A DNA stretch of 35,634 nucleotides from Candidatus Thorarchaeota archaeon (GTDB taxonomy: Archaea > Asgardarchaeota > Thorarchaeia > Thorarchaeales > Thorarchaeaceae): assembly GCA_003345595.1 (NCBI GenBank), contig PRDI01000104.1, positions 1-35,634 of the forward strand, written 5' to 3'. The first letter of the stretch is position 1. Every line of letters starts with the position of its first letter. The translations under genes were made by a program, and so were the position numbers. Positions 27,580 to 35,634 of this stretch are shown here, in pieces. Under the pieces are notes generated by a model. The model was not told the origin of the DNA. It worked only from the letters and a program-made list of their open reading frames with translations, and searched no databases.

Positions 27580-28033
27580 TATCGCACGTCCTTCCTTCGC
27601 TCAGCAACTAGTAATCATAGATATGATAACATATTAGGTTTATCAGTATATCAACAATCTAGCCGCACCATTCTCAGTTGTTAGAGCCGTCAGATGGGTA
27701 CAGAGAAGACTACCTTGCCCTCTTTGTTATGCCCAGAGTCACTCGCACCCTCAATGACAACAAAGGCTCCCTCTCAATGGCTCGCTGGAGCACGAAGATA
27801 CTCAAATGGCTAACCGTGGACGCCCTCTGACATGAAGCTGGGCAACTCCTGACCCCATCGGTTTCTGAGTATGAGCAGACGCAGGGCGACCTCGAAATGA
27901 ACAGCAGGAGCGCCGGTTCTTGGAGGAGAAGACTTGATTCGAGCTTCGTCGGGCCAACGACGAACGGTATAGGTTCAAATCATCCGAGTGCCTTCTGTCT
28001 GAACCAACGTCAGCAAAGAGAAGAAACTGAGGC

Positions 28034-28663
28034 GTGAGGTTGATAGAACTCAGAGCCACCCTTACCAATGGGATCTCAGAAACAATCCCTGTATCAAGTT
28101 CTGCAGTCAAGGTAGACCTATCCAGCAGATCGCTCGCCGCAGTCGACCTCAGCCCCTTGGACACAGATACCCATCTCCGGGAACTGAATCTGAGCAGCAA
28201 CCATCTCATGTCTCTCGACCTTGCGGTGCTCGCATTCTGTCCGGAAATCGACGACATCGAACTGCATCACAACCTGTTCAGGACTCTCGACATGAAGCCG
28301 CTCGCATACTGCCCCAAGCTGCGACATATCGGCCTGAATGACAATCAGATCATGCGTATTGCCCTCGAGCCACTTGCAGGCTGCACCAGCCTTCTTGCCC
28401 TGCATCTGCATAACAATCGCCTTTTGACAGTAGACCTCGAACCTTTGGCGAAATGCGTCAGACTCGAAGAACTGAACCTCCTAGGCAACGACCTGAAGCG
28501 ACTTGATCTCGGCCCCTTATTCTCCTGTGCCTCACTTCGCATTCTATCCCTGCCCGAAGCTACGAAGCTGGTTTCTCACGTCGCGTCCAAGAGAGACCTG
28601 CTGAACCCTCCCGCTCTGAACGATATCATAACTCAAGGCCGACTCAAGTTCATGACCGAATAG
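28034..28663 (+). CDS. Short leucine-rich repeat protein
   Basis: About 6 repeats of 24 aa with the same consensus as the 13527 LRR; no C-terminal domain. Confidence 0.92.
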   Translation: MRLIELRATLTNGISETIPVSSSAVKVDLSSRSLAAVDLSPLDTDTHLRELNLSSNHLMSLDLAVLAFCPEIDDIELHHNLFRTLDMKPLAYCPKLRHIGLNDNQIMRIALEPLAGCTSLLALHLHNNRLLTVDLEPLAKCVRLEELNLLGNDLKRLDLGPLFSCASLRILSLPEATKLVSHVASKRDLLNPPALNDIITQGRLKFMTE

Positions 28664-28835
28664 GACCTCGATATATGAATCCCCGGGCATATAGCCTAAC
28701 TGCTGATGAACTGGAATCAATCGTTACATGGTGTGGATACAACTAGATACGAGTTTTACTTATTTTCGTAGTTTTCCCATTACCACTCCATAAGCGGTTG
28801 GTCCGATTGTCCAGATAGATGGCCGTATTTCTGAG

Positions 28836-31800
28836 GTGGTTGAACTGAGAAGAGCTCTTGCATTCTTCCCCATAATCCTGATACTGCTGATCCCGTCTTT
28901 GGCTCAGCCGACCGTAACGCCGACCTCAGTCATACCCCGTTCTGGCAGTTTGGGGGAGGGCCAAGAGGGGGATACACTTGCAGACGGCCAATCAGCATAC
29001 TCTGGAAAAGGCGCTCCTCTTGCAGTCTCGTTGAATGGAATGAAGGTATCCACCGGGACTGCGACAATCGACAGGTACACCTCAGGATATGTGTGGACGA
29101 CTCCACCTTCTGGTTGGTCGGGAAACTCACTGTCAGCATCGATTAATGACATCTCAACATATGTGGATGTCACACTTGCCAACGGAATGTTCACTGGGGT
29201 TCATAATGAACGTCGGTTTGGTCTTGGCTATGATACGCTTACTGTTGTTGTGCCCGACAGCTGGACTCTGGTGAAGAAAGAAGATCCCGCGGGCACAGGA
29301 AGAAGCGCTCATCCGATACGTGGCATCTTCAGCCTGCGTAGGGCCTCAGGCTACGGGTACGACGGTGGCTACGGTTTCTATGCCAACGCTTCTTGGTACG
29401 CAAGTACTGTTCTTTACCCAACAGATGAGATCTATTTCAGCCAGCAGGTTAGCGCGCCCTATAGGGAAGTGCGCACAGCTGAAATCAGGTTCTTTTATCG
29501 AGTTAGAAGCACATCGAATCTCTTGGATCAGGTCCACCTGTTCGTAAGGTTTGCAGACTACGAAACCAAGCTCCACGTCCTTGAGTCTGGAGATACCACA
29601 GACGTGTGGCTCGAAGCTGTGGTGACCATTCCCTCTTCTCATTTCGTTGGAATCACAACACCGAATGCTTTCCTTCTATCACTGGGTCTTGGTACTGACC
29701 TGAGCGGCAGTCAGACATCTGCTGCTAGCGCACTTGTCCAGATAGACGAGATGCGACTCACTCTCGGCGTTAGGCCCTTTCCGGAGCAGGTCGGACTCAA
29801 GGCAAATGGGGCGTCTGTTACTGGAACCATTAGCGGCAGTGTGTCACCCTTTGTACCTGATGGCAGCAGCCGCGACTGCTTCAGCAGACCCGATCGTGGG
29901 GTTGACTTGGACGGCTATTATGACAATGGTGTCCTACACGCCGGCTGCAATGCCCTGAACTCGAACTCGGTCTACCAGATGGCGTTCCAGTTCCCTGTGT
30001 CGATTCCGCAGGGTGCGGCGATTAATTCGGCCCGTCTGGAAGTCGAGGCCGAATCTGGAGTCGTCAATAGACCTAACATGACTGTATACGTAGCGAACGA
30101 GGACACCGTTTCAGCCTTCGTGAGCGGATTCCCAGTCATCAGGGACCGATATGAGTGGGTAGATACAGGCCTCGATTGGTTCCCGAGTGCGTGGAGTGCC
30201 AACGTCAGGTATACGTCACCCGACATCGCCGCGCTTGTGCAGAAGGTCATCTCAAGAGCTGGCTGGTCGTCAGGCAATTACATACTTGTGATGTTGGACT
30301 ACCAGTACTCATCATCAGTCCCTGCATATAACCCCGCCAAAGGATCAACCGGCTACATGCAGTCGGATCTCGCTCGACTCTATGTCGACTACCTCGTGCC
30401 TCAATCTGATACAGTCAACTCGTTCCTATACACGAAGGAGATAACTGTAAGTCGAACCAAAGTGACTACAGACCTGGTAGACTTCCCCTTATACTTGGAC
30501 CTCTACGACCCCGACCTAAGAACCAAAGTCCAGTCTGATGGCGATGACATTGTATTTATGATCGGGTCGCAGACACTCGATCACGAGATTGAACTCTTCG
30601 AGCAGGCTTTCAATTCAACGCACGCACATCTCATTGCCCATGTAAGAGTGCCGAAGCTGTCCTCGACAATCGACACTACGATTCTGATGCTCTATGGAAA
30701 TCCCAGTATTGGCAAGCAGGAAAACCCGGCCGGCGTATGGGATGCCCACTATAGGGGCATCTGGCACATGAGAGAAACACCCACTGTGGATTCGTACGCA
30801 TACGACTCCAGCCTAAACAACAAGGACGGAACGTTCAATGTGACCATGGACTCGGCCGACCATGTGACAGGCAAGATGGGATACGCGTTGGATTTCGACG
30901 GGGTCAATGACGGGCTTCAGATTCCCGACCCTCTCAACGGTCAGGTGTTCACTTTTTCTGCATGGGTGTATTTGACTGCCACCACGGGCGACTGGCGGAG
31001 TGTGATGGTCAGAGCAGACAGCGACAGCAATTGGTTCGATATGATAATGTATGCAAGAGCACAAGGTGCTCCGACCGCATACCGTGCGGTCATCGGAACG
31101 GGGCATACAGATAGTACCTGGGTGCGGGCCCAGTCAGACATAATACTCGCGGCTGGCACTTGGTATCACCTAGCTGGCATTCACAATGGCACACACCTTC
31201 TTTTCTACAGGGATGGAAGCCTGACTAACACCGTTGCAGAATCCATTGATATGCAGGATAACGGCAAACCCCTGTGGATAGGCGGAAACCCGGTTTGGGG
31301 CTATGCGGGCCTGTATGGTAGAATTGACGAAGCCAGAATATCGAAAACAGTGAGATCTGGAGCATGGATTGCGGCTGAGTATAGCAACCAGAACAATCCG
31401 TCCAGCTTCTACAGCATCGGAATGGAGTGGACCACCTCTCAGATGAGAAAGTCGATAACCATCGATCACACTGAGGTGGCTGGCGACCTGACGAACCACC
31501 CTGTCCTGATTGACATCTATGATGCTGACCTCAAGGCTCGTGCAAGGTCAGACGCTGCCGATATCAGTTTCTTTGCAGGCACCAAGTTCCTTGCTCATCA
31601 GATAGAGGACTATGACCCTAGCTATAATGCAACCCATGCACATTTGGTCGCCTGGGTCTGCATACCCACCTTGTCTGCCAGCATCGACACTGCGATCTGG
31701 ATGTCCTATGGAGGGTCCTATGCAAGCAGTACTGAGAACCCGTCTGCGGTCTGGGACGCGAACTACTGCGCCGTCTGGCATCTGTCCGATGCCATTCCCG

Positions 31801-34800
31801 ATGGGACGAGTAAAGGAGTCCTAGACTCTACTGGCAACAATAACGATGGAACGCCCTACAACTTCGAAGACGGAGACGGTGGCAGGACCGGTGCCGCAGG
31901 ACAGATTGACGGCGCAGCTCAGACGGTTGCCGACGACCACATGTCAGTGTGGAATCCCGTCAACGCTAAGCCGGCCACTCAGCTCACGCTCTCTGCTTGG
32001 GTGAAAGTACAGGCGCCCAAGTATGGCGAGGTTGTGACACTGGGTGACTGCTATGCCCTGCGAGTGAGGGCTGATGGTGATGCCCAGTTCTTCAAATGGG
32101 ATGGTAGCTGGTGGGTGAATGTTGTAGCGGCGGGAAGCAATGTCGCGGATGGCAAATGGCACAACATCGTTGGCATCCAGAACTCAACGGGCATGTTTCT
32201 ACTTGTGGACGGAGTTCAGAAGGCGAGCAACAGCAACACGGCTCCGATTGTATACAAATCACCTGATAAAATAGAGATCGGAATGAACGGCGGTTTATCG
32301 CCTGATCCTACACTGAATCTCACGGGCACCATTGATGAGGTCCGCATATCGGCAACTGGAAGGCCTGCTAAGTCCGTTGTGACTTCATACAACAACCAGA
32401 AGGACGCTTCCAAGTTCTACACAGTGGGTATCGAACAAACAGGTCCTGATATCTCGTCTATAGAATTCAAATACAAGAAGACTATCACGGTTGACCACAC
32501 AAAGGTTGCCGCTGACCTAACGAACTTCCCACTGCTAGTTAGTTTGTACGACAGGGATTTGCGAACCGATGTACAGTCCGACGGAGACGATATTGTCTTC
32601 AAAATCGGAAACCAACTCTTGAGCCATGAGATCGAACTGTTTGACCAAGCATACAACAGCACACATGCAAGGTTAGTTGCGTGGGTTAGGGTACCCTTCC
32701 TGTCGTCGGCGAGTGATACGGAGATTACAATGTACTATGGGAACAGCGCCCTAGGAAGCCAGCAGAACCGAGCAGGGGTTTGGGACAGCCGCTATTTTGG
32801 AGTCTGGCACTTGGGAGAAACCAGTGGCAATGTACTAGACTCCACGTCATATGGCACTCAGGGAACTCCTGCAGGAGGGATAGTTCGAGGAGCGACGGGA
32901 GCGATAGGAAGAGCCTCCGACTTCGATGGCGTCGACGATACCATTAGCTTTGGAGATCCTACTGACGGTCATCTAGACCCCGGAACAATGAGCTACACCT
33001 ATAGCATGTGGGTCAGAGTAGATAGGAACACCGCGAACTATCAACGGGTCCTATACAAGGGCGGCAGCTCATCAAGCGACAGGGGCTATGATTTCGAAAC
33101 GACTCAAGACGCATCTAGCATCAATGCTTGGATCTCGGACGGAACGACTTCTGTGACCGCTTATTCTACACCTGTTACGCTCGGCACATGGATGCATCTA
33201 GTGGCTGTCGTCAATCGAACGTCCGGCATGCTTGTTCTCTACAGGGACGGACTCAACACCGGACGACGAAGCCTCGGCACGATTGGCACTCTAAGCTCAA
33301 CGACGACATTCCGGCTCTCGCACACAAGCTACCCGACTGACGCCATCATGGATGAGGTGAGGGTATGGAACTTCGCCGCCTCAGCCGACTGGATCAGCAC
33401 AGAGTATGCAAACGAGAAGACACCCTCAACATTCTATAGTGTAGGCAATGAGGTCGTGCTCGCTACAGACCCTGAGACTCAAGGAGGATACGGAGTAGCC
33501 ATCGGAACTAGTTCACCATCTGAGGTTTCAGTCAGCATGGAATTGACACTGAGTGCCTACTTTGCTGCTCAGAGTCTAGCAGACGATCTGTCACCGGGGA
33601 CCTCCTTTTCATCATCAAATAACACACTGACAAGCTGGAGTGCAGGTATCTTGGTATCAAAACCTAGTGAACTCCAGAACATGAACTTCAGCATCTATTA
33701 CCCCGCAGGTAAGTGGGTACCGCTCACCGTCACTGACCCCTCAGGCACTGCCAAGTCTACGCCGGCCGATTGGACATATACTGACGGAGTTCTTACTGTA
33801 AAGTCATCATCGATTGACACTTCTGGTCTTTGGAGGGTCGGATTCCAGGATGAGAACAAGGTTTCCGACCTGTTGATGGGCCTCACCGGAGGGTCACTTT
33901 CTGGCACAGCTAGATTCAGCGTGGGTGATAGAGTAGACTTCCGAGCGTATGCCCCAGGCAAAGCCGGGTCCATGGTTGAACTCACTCTGCTCGACCCCAA
34001 CGGATCGCTCTGGTTCTACAACAAGACTGTCATCCAAGGCATAGGCTTCCCTGTCGCGTATCGTCACCGCAAAGACTTGCTGGTCAATCATTCGAAAGTC
34101 TTGGCGGACCTCACGGACTTCCCGATGCTGGTTGATCTGTATGATAGAGACCTTCGAACGGATGTGAAGCCTGATGGCAGTGACATCGTGTTCGTGGTGG
34201 GCGACCGTGTGGTAGAGCACGAAATGGAGTCATTCGTCCAGAACTACAACACCACGCACGGACACCTGACAGCTTGGGTCAGGGTCCCCCTGCTTTCAAG
34301 CTCTGTTGATACGACGGTGAGCATGTACTACACCAACCCTAGCGTCTGCAGTCACCTGAGTCCAAAGGGAGTGTTTGACAGCGGATACTTGGGAGTCTGG
34401 CACCTCACAGAGAGCGGAAATGGCACGGCGAATGAGTATAAGGACAGCAGCAAGTATGACAACAATGGTCAAGGAGGTGAGGGTGAGTCCCTCTACGTAC
34501 CACACCAAGTAGCCGGCAGGATTGGATACGCCCAAGACTTCAATAATGTAGATGGCAAGTACGACCTGATCGACTGCGGCGACAGCCCGCTCTGGGACAT
34601 CACTGGAACGCAGATTACGCTTCAAGCTTGGATAAAGCATCAGATTACGCCGCAGGATCATGTCTATGGCATCATGAATCACAAAGGCTGGTATGACGGA
34701 TATAGCCTGTTGATTGACAGATACTCACTCAAGATCACATTTGACCTTCCGGGCGATACCAACAGCCTGGTGGGTGCGAACGATGTCACAACCGGCACAT

Positions 34801-35634
34801 GGCATCACATCGCCGCGACTTACGATGGAGCATACATGCGCATCTACATCGACGGCATACAGGACCCGAATGTGATGGTCAAGACCAACGACATTGAAGC
34901 AGCCTCATACGAGAAAGGATTCTGGATAGGCCATGGAGACCAACCGAAGAACGAAACTTGGAGTGGTGAGTTCGTAGGACAAATAGATGAAGTACGTATC
35001 TCTAGAGTGACGCGTTCCGCGAGCTGGATCAGGACTGAATTCAACAATCAAGCAAGCCCAAGTAGTTTCTACAGCGCTGGAAATGAGAAGACCTCGGGTT
35101 CATTCGGCTTCACGAACATTCTGTTGGATTCGACAGCTCCTGCAGGAGTCTGGCAGGCTTATGCAACATACCTCGATGATTCGACCCAGGTCCTGAATGG
35201 AGCAGGCCAATCCCACCGCAGTTTCATTGTAGCACACATCACCGGACTGACCCTCACTGCACCGAGCGATGCAGTTTCTGACCATCTCTGTGCCCACCAA
35301 ATCGGCGACCAGCTCTATGTAGAACTGAACCTGACTGATACGGTAAACGCGAACATGATACATGGCGCGTCGGTGACAATGAACTGGACGGTAGGCGGTA
35401 CGCCGACGAGCGTGCAGCTTGTCGATTACGGAGACGGGAGATACGGCACAACGATGAACACCTCCGACCTGCAGAATGCCAGACGTTGGAGGATTGACTT
35501 CCGTTCATATCACCTCTTCTACAACAATGCAACCAACTATCTGTACTTGGACCTCTCACATACGTCCTATCTATCATACCAGACTCCTTTGTCTTCTCCC
35601 TACGGTGACGACTTCCAAGTCAGAGTCACCCTCC
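28836..35634 (+). CDS. Giant secreted/cell-surface protein with four DUF2341 + LamG (ConA-like) units; 3'-truncated; not in ORF track
   Basis: The frame opens after TAA 28791, and the same frame is in register wherever I translated it, including the window end (about 2266 codons). Signal peptide LRRALAFFPIILILLIPSLA. Start is GTG 28836, or CTG 28845 after GAGGTGG. Confidence 0.92.
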   Translation, partial: MVELRRALAFFPIILILLIPSLAQPTVTPTSVIPRSGSLGEGQEGDTLADGQSAYSGKGAPLAVSLNGMKVSTGTATIDRYTSGYVWTTPPSGWSGNSLSASINDISTYVDVTLANGMFTGVHNERRFGLGYDTLTVVVPDSWTLVKKEDPAGTGRSAHPIRGIFSLRRASGYGYDGGYGFYANASWYASTVLYPTDEIYFSQQVSAPYREVRTAEIRFFYRVRSTSNLLDQVHLFVRFADYETKLHVLESGDTTDVWLEAVVTIPSSHFVGITTPNAFLLSLGLGTDLSGSQTSAASALVQIDEMRLTLGVRPFPEQVGLKANGASVTGTISGSVSPFVPDGSSRDCFSRPDRGVDLDGYYDNGVLHAGCNALNSNSVYQMAFQFPVSIPQGAAINSARLEVEAESGVVNRPNMTVYVANEDTVSAFVSGFPVIRDRYEWVDTGLDWFPSAWSANVRYTSPDIAALVQKVISRAGWSSGNYILVMLDYQYSSSVPAYNPAKGSTGYMQSDLARLYVDYLVPQSDTVNSFLYTKEITVSRTKVTTDLVDFPLYLDLYDPDLRTKVQSDGDDIVFMIGSQTLDHEIELFEQAFNSTHAHLIAHVRVPKLSSTIDTTILMLYGNPSIGKQENPAGVWDAHYRGIWHMRETPTVDSYAYDSSLNNKDGTFNVTMDSADHVTGKMGYALDFDGVNDGLQIPDPLNGQVFTFSAWVYLTATTGDWRSVMVRADSDSNWFDMIMYARAQGAPTAYRAVIGTGHTDSTWVRAQSDIILAAGTWYHLAGIHNGTHLLFYRDGSLTNTVAESIDMQDNGKPLWIGGNPVWGYAGLYGRIDEARISKTVRSGAWIAAEYSNQNNPSSFYSIGMEWTTSQMRKSITIDHTEVAGDLTNHPVLIDIYDADLKARARSDAADISFFAGTKFLAHQIEDYDPSYNATHAHLVAWVCIPTLSASIDTAIWMSYGGSYASSTENPSAVWDANYCAVWHLSDAIPDGTSKGVLDSTGNNNDGTPYNFEDGDGGRTGAAGQIDGAAQTVADDHMSVWNPVNAKPATQLTLSAWVKVQAPKYGEVVTLGDCYALRVRADGDAQFFKWDGSWWVNVVAAGSNVADGKWHNIVGIQNSTGMFLLVDGVQKASNSNTAPIVYKSPDKIEIGMNGGLSPDPTLNLTGTIDEVRISATGRPAKSVVTSYNNQKDASKFYTVGIEQTGPDISSIEFKYKKTITVDHTKVAADLTNFPLLVSLYDRDLRTDVQSDGDDIVFKIGNQLLSHEIELFDQAYNSTHARLVAWVRVPFLSSASDTEITMYYGNSALGSQQNRAGVWDSRYFGVWHLGETSGNVLDSTSYGTQGTPAGGIVRGATGAIGRASDFDGVDDTISFGDPTDGHLDPGTMSYTYSMWVRVDRNTANYQRVLYKGGSSSSDRGYDFETTQDASSINAWISDGTTSVTAYSTPVTLGTWMHLVAVVNRTSGMLVLYRDGLNTGRRSLGTIGTLSSTTTFRLSHTSYPTDAIMDEVRVWNFAASADWISTEYANEKTPSTFYSVGNEVVLATDPETQGGYGVAIGTSSPSEVSVSMELTLSAYFAAQSLADDLSPGTSFSSSNNTLTSWSAGILVSKPSELQNMNFSIYYPAGKWVPLTVTDPSGTAKSTPADWTYTDGVLTVKSSSIDTSGLWRVGFQDENKVSDLLMGLTGGSLSGTARFSVGDRVDFRAYAPGKAGSMVELTLLDPNGSLWFYNKTVIQGIGFPVAYRHRKDLLVNHSKVLADLTDFPMLVDLYDRDLRTDVKPDGSDIVFVVGDRVVEHEMESFVQNYNTTHGHLTAWVRVPLLSSSVDTTVSMYYTNPSVCSHLSPKGVFDSGYLGVWHLTESGNGTANEYKDSSKYDNNGQGGEGESLYVPHQVAGRIGYAQDFNNVDGKYDLIDCGDSPLWDITGTQITLQAWIKHQITPQDHVYGIMNHKGWYDGYSLLIDRYSLKITFDLPGDTNSLVGANDVTTGTWHHIAATYDGAYMRIYIDGIQDPNVMVKTNDIEAASYEKGFWIGHGDQPKNETWSGEFVGQIDEVRISRVTRSASWIRTEFNNQASPSSFYSAGNEKTSGSFGFTNILLDSTAPAGVWQAYATYLDDSTQVLNGAGQSHRSFIVAHITGLTLTAPSDAVSDHLCAHQIGDQLYVELNLTDTVNANMIHGASVTMNWTVGGTPTSVQLVDYGDGRYGTTMNTSDLQNARRWRIDFRSYHLFYNNATNYLYLDLSHTSYLSYQTPLSSPYGDDFQVRVTL
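30435..35080 (+). repeat. Four dispersed coding repeats (DUF2341-LamG cassette, about 330 aa each)
   Basis: Units begin at 30435, 31449, 32478 and 34071 (K.I/L...V..DL...P....LYD.DL....SD..DI.F) and end in FY(S/T)xG; LamG motifs WHL/WHM, WVK/WIK and IDE(V/A)RIS. Confidence 0.9.

Noticed and set aside
27660-28030. Hidden gene or ncRNA in the long gap before the short LRR gene
   Set aside because: Only a 33-codon ORF without an SD and isolated 6-7-bp stems; insufficient support.
28904-35577. Many short ORFs listed in the track across the right end
   Set aside because: They are antisense or off-frame shadows of the single giant + strand CDS.

Overview
Archaeal chromosomal segment, most likely Asgard (Thorarchaeia-like). 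This is an inference from the Sec11-type signal peptidase, TATA/BRE promoters, GGAGG/GAGGTG Shine-Dalgarno motifs with frequent TTG/GTG starts, Cys-containing 24-aa LRR proteins, a Ras-superfamily GTPase-like protein, a PCI-like protein and a giant DUF2341/LamG surface protein. The left and middle parts hold mostly metabolic and membrane genes: a 5'-truncated sensor histidine kinase, radical SAM/SPASM, two GNATs, a PNPOx-like protein, a GT-C-like membrane protein, a Zn-dependent dehydrogenase, aspA, ggt, an ACT protein, an orphan SPPY-type DNA methyltransferase, an Fe-S protein, signal peptidase I and a DMT transporter. Three things stand out. (1) A minus-strand cluster at 22.2-27.6 kb encodes a degenerate (pseudo) small GTPase, two paralogous BrxD/DUF2791-like P-loop ATPases and a holin-like small membrane protein between them; it is divergent from an LRR gene. 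(2) An unannotated, heavily base-paired intergenic element of about 280 nt at 7.35-7.62 kb looks like a + strand ncRNA. (3) Two genes are missing from the ORF track: a 48-aa tail-anchored microprotein and a >2260-aa secreted protein with four DUF2341-LamG cassettes that runs off the right end. No rRNA, tRNA, CRISPR array or transposase was recognised. All family calls come from motif recognition by eye, not from database searches.
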